Assembly (NCBI GenBank): GCA_001643675.2
Contig: LSRY02000080.1
Location: forward strand, 1-53,346
DNA from: Monocercomonoides exilis PA203
Taxonomy: Eukaryota; Protista; Preaxostyla
Direction: 5' to 3'
DNA length: 53,346 nucleotides
In this document: positions 34,501-48,863 of the stretch, piece after piece
How positions within the stretch are numbered: the stretch's first letter is position 1
How the letters are laid out: every line of letters begins with the position of its first letter
Notes under the pieces: generated by a model
Database searches by the model: none
What the model saw: the letters and a program-made list of their open reading frames with translations, nothing else
What the model was told of the DNA's origin: nothing
Position numbers and translations under genes: made by a program

Positions 34501-37500
34501 CCAAACTGCTTTGAGGTGCAGCTGTTCACAGTGGCAGTGCCACAGCTGAAGCAGGCAGTCAGCGAGTCTGCCAAGCGATGCATTGGAATTCTGCACAATG
34601 TGCTGCCTCTGATTGCAGCAAAGAAGCGCACAGCACATTCAGCAGCGATACGATCGGCGTATGGCCAGCTGACAGCGCGGCCGGAGAGTGTGGAGGAGTA
34701 TGCGTCGTTTCTGGCGACGGTCGATACGATCAACAATCAGCAGGTGCAGCTGCGGCACAACTTCGATGTGGTCGAAGCGTTCTATCAGACCATGCGCGAC
34801 AACGGAATTGAGGTCAGCAGTTCTGATCAGGCGAATCTGCAGCTGATGGAGAAGAGTATGTCGCAGCTGACAGCAGCATTCACCACAACAGAAAGTGCAG
34901 TCGATGAGCAGACACAGCGCTTCAACAGAGAGCTGACGAGACATGTGACAGAATTGAAGGCGCAGATTGGGAAATTGAAGGCGAAAGCAAACGAGCCAAA
35001 TCTTCTGACGCACCCAGAAGAAGCAACAGCAACGCTGGCTGAGATAGAGCGGCTGACTGCCTCTGCTCAGAGACTGAGATGCGAAGCAGACAAAGCGGTT
35101 GGATTCCGACAGCTGTTTGGGGCGAATGTGGATTCGTGGGAGGAGCTGGCAGAAGTTGAGAAGGATATCGCAACGAAGCAGATGCTGTGGCAGAACCTGA
35201 GGTATTGGGAAGTGTTTGTGGAGGATATCAAAAAGGCGCCGTTCCAAACGTTGGAGAAGGAGAACGTGCACAGTGCGTATAGCAAGACACTCAAAGTGTA
35301 TGGCCAGCTTGAGAGAGAGCTGCCACCGAACGCGGTGTGCGATGCATTCCACGAAGGGCTTGCCAAGTTTGGTGCCATCATTCCTTTGATCGATGCCCTG
35401 CGGAACGAAGATCTGAAGCCGCATCACTGGATGACTATAAGAGAGACGCTGACTGGATCGCCTGACCATTGGGATCCCCAGTTCTCGCTGGGGTGGATGC
35501 TTTCTCGAGTCGCACAGGAGAAAATAGGAGAGCTACGGCAGATCAGCGAAGAGGCATCGCAGGAAGCCGTGCTGACAGAGATGCTGCACAAAATCATAAA
35601 CAAATGGACGAATTTGGAGCTGCGAACGAAAACCTTCCGAAATGAGAACTATCTTCTGGTCGAAGTGGATGATGTGCTGCGGGAGTACGATGATGCGAAT
35701 GTACAGCTGGAGACAATCAAAGGTTCAAGACATGCTGATCCAATCAGAGAACAGGTGGATTTCTGGTCGTCGCGGCTGAGCACATTCAACGAGGTGCTCG
35801 AGCAATGGCTTGCCTTCCAGAAGAAGTGGCTGGCACTGGAGCCTGTGTTCCAGAACGGAGATCTGCTGAAGGAGCAGGCAGGAAGGTTCCACGAGTGCGA
35901 CAAGTTCTGGCGGGAGGTGATGAGAAAGACACACGAATTTCCTGCTGCGCTCCGGGCGACGCAGCAACCTGGGCTGGCGTCGATATTCAGGCAACACAAC
36001 AGCACATTGGAGCAGATTGAGGCAGCGCTGGATGGGCTGCTGAACACAAAGCGCGCTCAATTCGGAAGGTTCTTTTTCCTGCCGAACGACGATTTGTTGG
36101 AGATTCTGAAGGAAGGGAAGAACCCGATGCAGGTTATGCCGTACATGAACAAGTTGTTTGACAACATCAAAACACTCAACTTCTCATCGCCTGACGATCC
36201 ACGAAAAATGGAGGCAATTGGGATGATTTCGGCAGAAGGCGAGATTGTTCCATTTGGCGAAGAGAAAGTGAATCCCCGTGGGAAATCTGTGGAAACGTGG
36301 CTGAAGCTGATAGAGACAGCAATGGTAAGATCTCTCAAGACACTTTTAAAGGTGGCATTGAAGAAGCTATTTGCAATTGTGGCAGCAGGAACATCTTCAG
36401 CGACAGTTACTGCTTCACCACTTTCATCAGCTACATCTTCTACAATGTCCGCTGTTCAATCTTCTACCGTTCTTCCATCACTGTCATCCTCATCAGCTGG
36501 CACTTTCTCAGCCACCGGAACAGCTTCAAATGCACGCCAGCAGTGGATCTTGTCGAACAAAGCGCAGATTGCAATGGCTGGCTCGCAGATCCTGTGGACA
36601 TCGCAAGTGGAACAGGCATTGGCAGCTGAGCGGTCGTCAGAAGAGCTGAAGAAGATGGCAGCTCGATGTGAAACCACGCTGAGTCTTCTGACAGATCTGG
36701 CAAGGGGCCATCTGGATGCTCTGCAGCGTGTGAGTGTTGGTGCATTGATGGTTTTGGAGGTGCATGAGCGCGATGTGGTGGAGGAGCTTATTTCAGAAGG
36801 AGTGGGGTCAACTGGAGACTTTGACTGGGCAAAGAGGCTGAGGTATTACTGGGACTCGAGAGAGGACGAATGCACCATAAGGCAGACCAGTGCGTCATTC
36901 AGATATGGCTACGAATATCTCGGATGCACATCGAGGCTGGTAATCACTCCTCTTACTGACCAGTGCTATATTACACTCACCTCGGCTCTCCAACAGAAGC
37001 TTGGCGGTGCTCCAGCTGGACCTGCTGGAACAGGAAAGACAGAAACTTGCAAAGATCTGTCAAAAGCAGTGGCAAGACAGTGTGTTGTATTCAACTGCTC
37101 CGATGGACTGAATGTGGGGACGATGGCACAGATGTTCTCTGGAATGTGCCAGGCAGGCGCATGGTTCTGCTTCGATGAATTCAACAGAATAGACATTGAA
37201 GTCTTGTCTGTGGTTGCGCAGCAGATACGGGAAATTCAAAATGCGCAGCAAGCAAATCAGTCCACATTTGTATTCCAAGGTTTTCGAATCCCGTTGAATC
37301 CTAGTTGTGCCATTTTCATCACAATGAATCCAGGATATGCTGGTCGAACAGAACTTCCAGATAACCTTAAATCACTCTTCCGCCCAGTTGCCATGACAAT
37401 CCCTGATTATTCTCTGATAACAGAGATTTTGCTCTTTTCAGAAGGTTTCCGCTCTGCAAAGGTGCTGGCACAAAAAATGACACAACTATATCGACTGGCA

Positions 37501-40500
37501 TCAGAGCAGCTGTCGCAGCAAAAGCACTACGACTTTGGCATGCGTGCTGTGAAATCTGTGCTTGTGATGGCAGGGCAGCTGCGTCGAGACAATGCAGACT
37601 TGAGTGAAGAGCAAGTGGTGATACGCGCAATGAGAGAGAGCAACCTGCCAAAGTTCCTTGCAGGTGACATCCCTCTCTTTGAAGCTATTGTCAGAGATCT
37701 GTTTCCAGATGCGTTGATTGTGGGAGGAGAACACGATGAGCTGGAGAGGATGATACGTGAAGTGTGCTATGCAAAGGAGTATTCTGTACTCAATTACCAG
37801 ATGCAGAAGATCATTGAACTCTTCGGCATATGCTGCTTGAGACACGGCGTGATGATTGTGGGGCCAACAAGAGGCGGAAAAACAGTCTGCAGAGAAGTGC
37901 TTGCAGAGTCCATGACTCGTTTGCGTAAAGATGTTGGCAGTTCAAATCCGATGTTTCAATCAGTTGAACAGAGAAGGCTCAATCCAAAGGCAATTTCAGC
38001 GGAAGAGATGTTTGGCAGCTTCAGTGCACTAACACAGGAGTGGAAAGAAGGGCTGTTGTCGTGCTTTGTTGCTGAGGTTGTGAAGGACGATGGACCAGAT
38101 CTCAAGTGGATTGTGTTCGATGGGCCAGTTGATACACTCTGGGTTGAGTCGCTAAATACTGTTTTGGATGATTCGCGAACTCTCTGTCTTCCAAACAGAA
38201 AGAGAATCAAACTGACTCGAACGGTGTCGCTTCTATTTGAGGTGGAGAATGTGGATGCAGCATCGCCTGCAACCATCTCGCGCTGTGGGATGGTTTATGT
38301 GGATCCATCAGGAATGCCATGGCTGGCATTCGTGCAGCGGTGGGCAGCAGAGCTTTCTGATGCTGTGTGGCCATCATTCTTGAAAGCGTATGTTGTCAGT
38401 CTGTTTGAGGAGTGGCTGCCTCCATTGTTAGAGGGAGTGACGAAGATGAAAGAGGATATCGCGCAGCCTGTTCTCACAAAGGTGGCAAACGTAACACGTA
38501 TCATGGAGTCTGCTCTCACACCTGAACATGGCTTCATGCCAGGACCAACATACACAAATTCCGAATTATTGGGATCTGGATCTGAAGACGGACTGATGAA
38601 TGAAGCTGAAGGGGGTTTGGGAATACGTCGTTCGCAATCCTTCGTCAGAGCACGATCGTCATCTGTGGTAAGTCTCGCATCTGTATCTGGATCTGGAAGT
38701 GGAAAGGAGAGAGGAGGGAAAGTTCATGCAACAGATTGGGAAGCATGGATCAGGAGCGTGTTTTTATTTGCGTGTGTTTGGGGCATTGGTGGTGCGCTAG
38801 TGGAATCTTCAAGAGAAGCGTTCGATGCGCTGATCAGAAAGTACGTTGAAGGAGTGTTTATGCCAACCACCGATAGTGTGTTTGACATTGTCTTGGATTA
38901 TGAAAGCAAAGCTCTTGTTCAATGGGATATCCCTGAATACCAGCACAAGTCTGGCACTCCATTTTTCTCGATACTTGTACCAACAATCGACACTGTGCGC
39001 TATTTGTTCCTAACTTCGATGCTTATTGACGTGACAAAGCCTGTAATGGTCACTGGAGAAACAGGGGTGGGCAAAAGCATCATTGTTTCTAGTATTTTTT
39101 CTGAGAGCTCAAACACCGAAAAATCCGAGGCAGAATCTGCTGTAACATCAATAGCAGCACAGTCAGCTTCATCAGCGTCAGCATCTGCTTCAGCCTCTTT
39201 CTCTTCGACCTCAACTTCATCTTCAACATCATCTGGAGCGCTCCCTGAAGAACTGAGCAAGCCGAAACAAAAACGAGTTCCAGTGACTCTTTCATTCAGC
39301 GCACAGACAGACAGCAACCGCACACAGCAGATGATTGAAGCCAAACTGCACAACCGAAGAGATCACTTTGCATCAGCGCCTGGCACGCTCACTGTTTTAG
39401 TGCTGGAGGACTTCAACATGCCCTCCCCAGACGCCTTTGGCTCGCAGCCGCCACTCGAACTGGTGCGACAGCTACTCGACACAGGCGGATGGTACGATCG
39501 GGTGCTGCTTCAGTTCCGACCAATCAAAGGAACAACAACAGTGACCGTGTGTGGACCGCCCGGTGGTGGAAGGAATGTGATGTCGTCGAGAATAAGCTCA
39601 CTATTTACTCAACTGCGCGTGCCTCAGCCAAGCGAAAAGTCTCTTTTCACAATCTTCTCGTCAATTATGTCTGGAGTGATGGAAGAGAAGCAGTTCACGA
39701 GATCTCTTCAGGATATGGTGCCAGCTGTGGTAAGAGCATCCATCGAGCTGTACACACATGCTGTTACTGAACTGAGGCCAACTCCGTCAAAGTCTCACTA
39801 CAAGTTCAATTTGAGAGATGTGGGGAAGATATTTCAGGGGATGATGAGTGCATCGCCAGAGACTGTGCCTGATGAGGCCGTGCTTCAGCGTCTATGGTGT
39901 CACGAATCATTGCGAGTATTTGCGGATAGATTAGTCTCAAAGGAGGACAGGGCAATTGTGACAACGCGCATCTGCGAGCTGGCAAAGCAATACTTTCATG
40001 TGCAGTGGAACCACGAAGAACTGTTTGTCTTCAAGACACCGCAGATGTGGGTAGACTTTGCACAGCTGGAGAAGGAAGTCCCTCGACCATATGAGGAAAT
40101 AGGAGATATTAAACAGCTACAGAATGTGCTTCAATCAGCGTTGGCAGAGTATAACACAATGATCGCGAGCAGAAAGCAAAAAGAAGCAGACCTGGTGTTC
40201 TTTGAGGAGGCTGTGGAACATGTGGCGCGGCTCACTCGAATTCTGAGGCAATCAGGTGGACATGCCCTTCTTGTTGGAGTGGGTGGATGTGGAAAGCAGT
40301 CGCTTGCACGCTTGGCTGCATTCATTTCTGGATGTGGTTGCTTTGAAATAAGTTTAACCAAAAACTATGGACATAACGAGTTTAGAGAGGATCTGCGAAA
40401 GCTGTACATGCAATCAGGGGCTGAAGGAAAATCGATAGTGTTTCTGCTTAGTGACATGCAGATTGTCAGCGAAGCCTTTCTGGAGGATGTTAACTGCATT

Positions 40501-43500
40501 CTGTCGAGCGGAGAAGTTCCTGGGCTGTTCGACTTCCAGCAACGTGAAGTGGCCATCAAAAAGCTGCGTGCGTGTGCTGGAAGCGATGGAAATGTTCCGA
40601 ACTCGCCAGAAATGGCAATGCAGTTTCTGATTGATCGTGCGCGAGAGCGGTTGCACATCATTCTGTGCATGTCTCCCATCGGCGATGCATTCAGAAGACG
40701 ATGCCGGATGTTCCCGTCGCTGGTGAATTGCTGCACCATCGACTGGATCTCCAGCTGGCCACCACGAGCACTCCATTCTGTTTCATTGAAGTATCTCTCT
40801 CAGGCTCCGCTTGGACAAGATCCACTTTCCCTGCAGAAGCCTTCATTAGGTTCTTCTTGCTCATTTACTCTTGCATCGCCTGCGGGTGCAAATCATTCGG
40901 AATCAGCTGCTTCTTTCCCTCTTTCTGCTTCTTCTGCTTCCATCAACTGCATCGCTACTCCGCTTGTTGAACGTATCGCTGAAACTTGTGTTGAGATACA
41001 CACTTCGATTGAGGAGGCATCTGAAAGATTCTTTCAGGAGACTAAGCGGAAAACGTATATAACGCCAGCCTTGTTTTTGGAAATGGTGCGTCTGTTTTTG
41101 GATCTTATTGGCGAGAAAATGGCAGAGCTGAAAGAACAGATCGAGAAATATGAAGGTGGAATGACAATTATCAGAGAGACGCAAAGGTCGGTGAGGACGA
41201 TGAAGGAGGAGCTAAAAAGGATGGAGCCAATGCTTGTGCAGCAGAAGGAGCAGATAACTGAGCTTATGGAGCAGATTGAGAAGGACAGAGCACGGACTGA
41301 AGATATGCGCGAGGTAGTTTCAGCAGAAGAGGCTGTTGTCAGAGAAGAGCAGGAAAAGGCAGAGGAAATGAAGAATGAGGCGCAGAAGGAGCTAGATACC
41401 ATTACTCCTGTCTTTCAGGAGGCAACAAAAGCACTTGAATCGCTCTCCAAAGCAGCTGTGAATGAGGTGCGCACCTTTGCGAATCCTCCTGAGCAGGTGA
41501 AGAGAGTGATGTTTGCTGTCTGCACACTTTTTGGGAAGAAGAACGATTGGGACTCTGCGCGTGGACTGTTGGCACAGCCAAACTTCATCCAGATGCTGCT
41601 GAACTTCGACACTGTAGAAATCACAGAAGCTGTGGATAAGAAGATGAGAGCAAATTATTTGGATGACCCAGACTTTTCGGCAGAGAAGGTTGAGGCAGTG
41701 TCAAAGGCTGCGTCAAACATCTGCTCGTGGGTAGTTGCCATCGTGGAGTATGCGCGTGTGAGCAAGATAATCGAGCCGAAAAAGCAGGCCGCAGCGCTTG
41801 CTCGTGCGAAATCAGACGAACTGACAGCAAAGCTGAATGCCAAGCGGAAGCAGCTTCATTCACTGGAAGAGGCGCTGGAGGCGCTGGAACAACAGTTTGA
41901 GCGAAAGAAGAAAGAACAAGCACAAACAGAGGCAGACATCGAGCAAACACAGCGGAGATTCGCAAATGCAGAGCAGCTTCTGGGCGCACTGGGTGACGAA
42001 GGAGAAAGGTGGGAGGAGAAGCTGGTGCAACTGAGAGATTCGCTGAAGTATTTGCAAGGGAGCACTGTCATGGATGCTGCATGTCTGACTTATCTGGGTC
42101 CATTTGATGCGCCAAATCGACGGAGGCTTATTGCTCAATGGACAGAAAGCTGTGCCAAGCACGAAATACCAGCTGTGTGCAAAGGAGAAGATTCAGTCTT
42201 TTCACTGGAAAGTGATCTTTCCACACCTGTTCAGACAAGAGACTGGCTGATTGAAGGGCTGCCATCTGATGCGCAATCAGTGGAGAATGCGATCATTGCT
42301 ACTCGGACGAGAAAATGGCCTCTATTTATCGATCCGCAGGGACAAGCAAATCGTTGGATCAGAACGAAAGAGAAGGAGACAAAGCTACGTGTGATGCGAC
42401 CAGGTGAGCCAAACTTCTTACGAACACTTACAAACGCCATACGGTTTGGGCAGCCGGTGCTACTCGAAGACGTTGGAGAAAGTCTTGAGCCGCAGCTGGG
42501 ACCGCTGCTGAAGCGACAGATGGTCAATTACAATGGACACAACATCATCCGAATTGGAGACCAGGATGTGGACTACAACACGCGATTTAGACTGTTTATA
42601 ACAACCAAAATAGCAAACCCAAAATTCCTTCCTGAGATGTTCATGAATACCACAATCATTAACTTTGCTGTTACACAAGATGGATTGGAGGAGCAGCTAC
42701 TTGGCACAGTTGTGTCGCACGAAAAGGCTGAGATAGAAGAAGAGAAAGACAAGTTGGTAAGGCAGATGGCAGCAGATGCGAAGCTTCTCGATCGCACAGA
42801 AGCGCAAATGTTGGCACTGATGAAGGAGACAAGCGTGCAGGAGCTGCTCGATGACTTGGCACTGATCAACACATTAGATCAATCAAAGCAGACATGGAAA
42901 GAGATCAAAGACAGAGTGAAAGACGCAGAAGAGGCAGAGCTGCAGCTGCTGGCAGCGAGGGACGAGTTCAGAGCAATGGCCGTGAGGGGCACAGTGTTGT
43001 ATTTTGTGCTTGTGGACTTGGCCAGCCTTGATCCGATGTATCAGTATTCGCTTCAGTACTTCAGCTCTATTTTCAGCACAGTTCTGGAAAGAACTCCAGC
43101 AGCCGATGAGTTGGATTCTCGTCTGCAATCGCTGATTTCTGCACTGACAGAGATGGTCTATTGGAGTGTATCGCGCGGACTGTTCGAGAAGCATCGCATC
43201 CTGTTCTCGTTTTACATGACTGTGCAGATAAAAAGAAGAGAAGGGGCCATCTCAGAAACAGACTGGGATGTGTTTGTGCGCGGAACAACTGCACTCCCTC
43301 AACCACCTCTTATGACAAAGAGTGGCATGCTGCTTTCACCTATCGGTACTCCGGCTTCTCCTTCCTTCGGAAATGCAAGCAAAATGTATGAATATCAACA
43401 GGCACAGCCAGAAATCCCTGCTTCTGTTAGCGAATTTGTTTCGCCACAATGCTGGGCAGAGCTGCGGACAATGGAAGAGCGCTGGGGTGAAGTGTGGAGA

Positions 43501-46500
43501 GGGATAACAGCAAGTGTGGCAGGAGAAGACTTGGAGCCTGATGATGTTGATGCTGAGCCTGTCTTTTCTCAGAATGACCCTGACTTTACGTTGATAACAG
43601 GTGACTCAATTGCACAGCTGCAGCCTTATCACGGTCCTAACTCGTCTTCTCAGCTGACATTTTCTTTGCCCGCCCGGCCTCTCACAACATCTCGCTCAAT
43701 TTTTGGAAGAACGCTATGGCTGAAAGTTCTTCAAGCGCCTGTTCCCACAATAGAGGAGTTCCCAGAGAGGTGGAATGAAAACTTAACTTCGTTTCAGCGG
43801 TTGCTGCTTATTCGAGTCTTGCTGCCGCATCGACTGCAAGGCTGCATGATTGCTTATGTGCGGCAGGAATTGGGCGAGCAATTTATAAAGTCACCTCCAC
43901 TGGATCTCGAACGAGCACACTCAGACTCATCGTGCCGCTCTCCGATCATATTTGTTCTTTCGCACGGAGCAGATCCAACGCAGCGAGTGATACGCTTTGC
44001 ACGAGAAAGAGGCTTTGGCGATCGGCTGAGGATGTTGTCGCTGGGACAAGGGCAAGGGCCAGTAGCTGTGGAGATGATGGAGCAGGCAGCACAGAAGGGA
44101 GAGTGGGTATTCCTTCAGAACTGTCACTTGGCTGCCTCGTTTATGCAGCAACTTGAGCGTGTGTGCCTATCATTCTCTTTGGCTGAAGCATCGCAGGTGA
44201 ATGAAGAGTTCAGATTATGGCTAAGTGCAATGCCAACTCCGACTTTTCCTGTGAGTGTGCTGCAGAACAGCATAAAGCTTACAAATGAGCCTCCTGCAGG
44301 TGTCAAGGCGAATATGGCAAGGTCGCTGAGAGTGTTGGGAACAAAGACATATGAAAGTGACATTGGCGGAAGAAGGTCATTTGCGTGGAGGAGGTTGCTT
44401 ATTGGACTGACATTTTTCCATGCTCTTGTGCAAGAAAGAAAGAAGTATGGTGCGCTCGGCTGGAACATCCAATATGAGTTCAATGAAAGCGACTATGAGA
44501 TATCCATCAGCCATCTTCGGCTGTATCTGACAACAGGCAGCAGTGGAGCTGGTGGAGGCAACAGCGGGAGTGGGATTGGGGCAGGAAATGAGAAGGAAAA
44601 GGAAGGGGACATTCCATGGAAAGCACTGAGATACATGACAGGGGTGGTGAACTATGGCGGGCGTGTGACTGATGAATGGGACAAGCGAACGCTGATGGCG
44701 CTTCTGCGGCGGTTTTACGAAGAAAGCATTGTGATTCCAGGAAAGCCATATGATCTGGGTGCACCGCGTGTTGGGCAGACTACACTGACGCGGCAGGCTT
44801 CGTGTGTGGAACAAGAGCCTGCTGATAACTCTGCCTCCGCAGCTGTCCTTCCTCAGCACGCTTCTCCGCTACCTTCGCCAACCACATCGCCAATGCCAAT
44901 GCCACTTCAGATGCCGATGCTTTCGCCTCATGTCTCCACAAACTCGATGGCATCCTCTTTGTCTGTGTCGAGTTCTGGCCAGCTGCCATCGCTTGCAGCT
45001 ATTGGGAGATCAAAGAGCTATGTGAGCACAGCTGGGTATGTGGCTGCATACAAAAGAAACAGATATCTTCTTCCGTCTGATCTGAAGACGCTTTTGCAGC
45101 TGCTTCAGTTTGTGGAACGCCTGCCATCCACCGATGAGCCAGAGCTGTTTGGGATGCACAGCAATGCTGAGCAGGCCTTCCAACAGAGCGAAACAGAGCG
45201 GATGCTCCAGGCGTTGATAACAATGACGCCACGATCTGCTGCTGGCTCCGAATGCCCCACCCTCTCTCCATCTCCGCTGTGCACTCTGCCTCAGTCACCG
45301 CTTGCTGTGTCTTCGCCTTCATTCCGCAATGCCACCCCAGCAGCTATTGGAACACCACAACAATCCGACAAACGCAACAGGAAGGCAATTGAGGCAGCAG
45401 ACAAAAGCAGATCGAAAGAGCACCTTCCTCTTTCACAGCAGAGATTATCAGTGAAGAGCCTCTCCACCAAACCTTCTGATCGATCACCATCACCGAGTAA
45501 TGCATCCAATTCCAGCGAGAAGGCGCCCTTGAAAGCGATTGGGGAACTTCTGAGGACAAAGAAGACAGCTGACGAGGAGGTGCTGGAGCTGGCGAAGGAA
45601 ATCCTGCAGAAGCTGCCTCCGCTGCTGGATCGGTCAGAGGCAGCAGAAGGGGTGCTGCCGCAGTTTGTGTGCGCAGGCGAGAAGGAAAACACAAAGCGAG
45701 GCAGAACGGACGAAGCAGCAAAGAGAGAGCACGAGCTGTCTGGTGCTGCACCAACAGGATCGTCTCAGCTGCGTTTGTGGAGTGGGAGCGAAGGGAAGGT
45801 TGGAGAAAGCGGACTCCACCCATCGACAGCAGCGAGTGTGAATTCGCTGTCGATTGTGCTGTCGCAGGAGATGGAGCGGTTCAACAGGCTGCTGCAGCTG
45901 ATGGGCTCGACGCTGCGGGAGCTGGAGAAGGGGATTGCGGGGCTGGTGGTGATGTCGCAGCAGGTGGAGGAGGTGTACGATGCGATGCTGAAGCACACAG
46001 TGCCAGGGGTGTGGAGGGCAAGTGCGTATCCATCGCTGCTGAAGCTGGGAGCATGGGTGGACGATGTTGTGCGGAGAGTTGCATTCTTCCGGCACTGGTT
46101 GCGTGAAGGTGTGCCGAAGGTGTTCTGGCTGCCTGGCTTTTTCTATCCACAGGGCTTTCTCACAGCTGTGCTGCAGACATATGCCAGGAAGCACCGTGTG
46201 GCCATCGACACACTCCGCTTCCGCCACACGCCTCTGCTCTCACCCGACGACAAGATATGCTCCGCCCAATCATCATCTTTGTCATCGTCTTCTTCCTTGT
46301 CGTATGCAACCTCCTTTCCCTCTTCTTCAACATCTGTAACGCTGCCATCATCATTGTCTGTCTCATCTGCCATCTCCACATTCACCTCTCCACCCTCAGC
46401 TTACTCTTGCAACATGCTGTCGTTGTCAGCAAGTGTCGCATCCTCTTCTGCGCTGGGTGCTCCTCCAGATGGTGTTCTAGTGTCAGGCCTGTTTGTTGAA

Positions 46501-46791
46501 GGAGCGCGGTGGGACTTTTCGACGATGCAGCTGGCAGAAGCGCTGCCAGGGGAAATGTTTGCAGCGATGCCTGTGATCCACTTTGTGCCTCAGAAGGACT
46601 ACAGCCCCCCGCCAGCATGCTATGTTGCTCCACTCTACAAGACCGCCCAGCGCCAGGGGCAGCTGTCGACGACTGGACAGTCCACCAACTTCATCACCAC
46701 TGTTGTGCTCAGCACACTCCTCCCCTCTGACCATTGGATCCTTCGTGGAGTGGCGCTGCTGTGCGAACCCAAAATGCTTTCTGACAGCTGA
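31564..46791 (+). CDS. DNAH6: Axonemal inner-arm dynein heavy chain, DNAH6-like (short 5' exon(s), then one ~14.9-kb exon)
   Basis: P-loops GPAGTGKTE, GPTRGGKT, GETGVGKS and GVGGCGKQS; WFCFDEFNRI, QQKHYDFGMRA, coiled-coil stalk, WVFLQNCHL and HWILRGVALL. The subtype is inferred from the P2/P3 pattern and the NPYD-containing tail. The start codon is tentative. Confidence 0.9.
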
Positions 46792-47299
46792 AACACACTT
46801 CAATCAATTCACGTTTGAGCAGCCCGAATGTCATGGATTACTTTATGCATTTATAACAGTCTTCATTTACCATGTTTTTTATGTTTCTTTCCGTTTGTGT
46901 GTGTATGTGTGTATGTAATCTTGATATGTTGGTATGTTTTATGTGCAATTGGCGTTTCATTTCCTTCGTATATTTTTTCATTTCTTTTCTTTTTTTCATT
47001 TCCATGTTTGATGTGTTGTTATTACAATCTTTTCATTTTGGACAAAAACTCCTTTTTCTTTTGTTGCAAAGGTTTTTGTGTGAGAATTGATAATCTGGAA
47101 ATAACAATTGAAAAATGAGGGGAAAAAAAGACCCGAACACAACAAAGAAAGTTTTCAAATTTATTGCTCAGAACCAGGTGAAACGAATTGCCGTTAATTC
47201 TAGATAGCACAATTTTCACAGATAGTTCTCATTTCCATTAAAATAAAATTAAATAAAAAAATAAAAAATGTTTATGAAAATGAGATGTGAATATTTTGA

Positions 47300-48560
47300 A
47301 TGGATCATGCAATAAAAGCATTTATTCTCAATTGTGAAATCATCAACAAACAGCACAATTATTTCAATCTCCTTTTGCTTTCATTCTTTTTTCGCTTTTA
47401 GCATATGCCTTTATACATCCGGAGCAATTCCCACATAGAAATAATCAATCGTCTCTTTCTCTTCGTATGTTCCTGTTGGCATTGAATTCAACTTCACTAG
47501 CAACTTATCGGTAAGACATTTGCAACTGTTTTTGTCTTTCATATTTCTCATCCTGCAAAGTGAATGAATTTGTGTATCCAGCTATTCGGCATACTGCACA
47601 TTACTAGCTGCTTTTTTGGATTCAGGAAATGAATTGTTCCTTTATCTTGCCCAACTGTCAAGTAATTCAGAACTTAATCAGCAGAATTATCGTTTCATGT
47701 AAAAGACAATCAAGCGCTTCGGATAATCATGAGGAACTTTCTGTAGGCACTTGGATGTTAAATCACAACTGAAGAAATTGATACATGGAAATCCACTTGT
47801 AGAATCCAATCAGAAGAGTGGAAATAAAGCGATGAAACAGTCAATTGATAAGAGTCATTGAATGGAAGAAAAGTGCAAACGAATCGAATTGCAAAAAGCT
47901 TTTTGCTTTAATATCATTTTCAAACAGGACGCTGACTCACATTAATTTCAATATTCTAAACACACAAAATGTTTTGATGATAAATGATGAAATTCAATTC
48001 AAATCAATAAAACTATTCCCAAAAATATCGATACAGTATTCCAAGTGTTAATATGGTCTGTGATAAACAAAATAAATCAATTTTTCGATTTGCAATCGTT
48101 TCTGAATGCAAAGCCTTTGCCTGCAGAAAGAATCAAGAAATGAGTCATTGATAAAAATTCGATTTCTTGTTCATCACATTTGCTCAAAAATAGAAGCTTC
48201 ATTAAAAGTTGCATGAATTGATCGTTTAGAGAAAAATCTGGATAAAATTTCACAATTCGACTTGCTAGCTCGGGAAGCTTAAAAACGAATGTTGTGATTA
48301 TTCACTCATAATGAGGATCATCAAAGAATAGCATTCTTGATTTATGTTCAACAACGTGTTGTATCAGTAATTTTGATGTATTTCAGAAATTTTCTATGTA
48401 TTTTGTTGTTTTTCCAAATTATGTGCGTGCTCTTTCAATTTTGCAGTTTTCCATTCTTTTTGGTAGCTTTTTTAAGAATATTGAATCTTCTCAGCCTCAT
48501 TTCCAATTACTTTCCTTTTTTCAATACAGTTTTCGTATTCCAAAGATAAGCAGAAAATTC
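47300..48560 (-). pseudogene. Possible decayed coding sequence of unknown family
   Basis: The minus strand reads as protein-like stretches broken by isolated stops (e.g. EYENCIEKRKVIGNEAEKIQYS*KSYQKEW; KLNSMPTGTYEEKETIDYFYVGIAPDV*). No family recognised. Confidence 0.25.
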
Positions 48561-48863
48561 ATATCAAAAATGCTTAAAATAGTAGTTTCGATGATAATAA
48601 TTATCCTTTTTTGCTATTTGCTAATCAATCATCCCAATTGAATAATTTTAATGAAGTGTATTTTCATGCCCATATACGATAGAAAAATTTGGAGATAACT
48701 CAAAAATACCTACAAATCATTATCACAAATCCAAAATTTTTATATTAAGGTATTCACCAAATAATTCAGAGATGTTTCAAACAACATTAATGTTTTTGAA
48801 ATATCGATTAACACGATTAGCGAAAAAAGAAAAGATCGTTACCACAACAAATTCAATAATTGT

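Noticed and set aside
32237-46918. Numerous short ORFs overlapping the dynein gene (and likewise XRN)
   Set aside because: Shadow ORFs of GC-richer coding sequence with no recognisable motifs.
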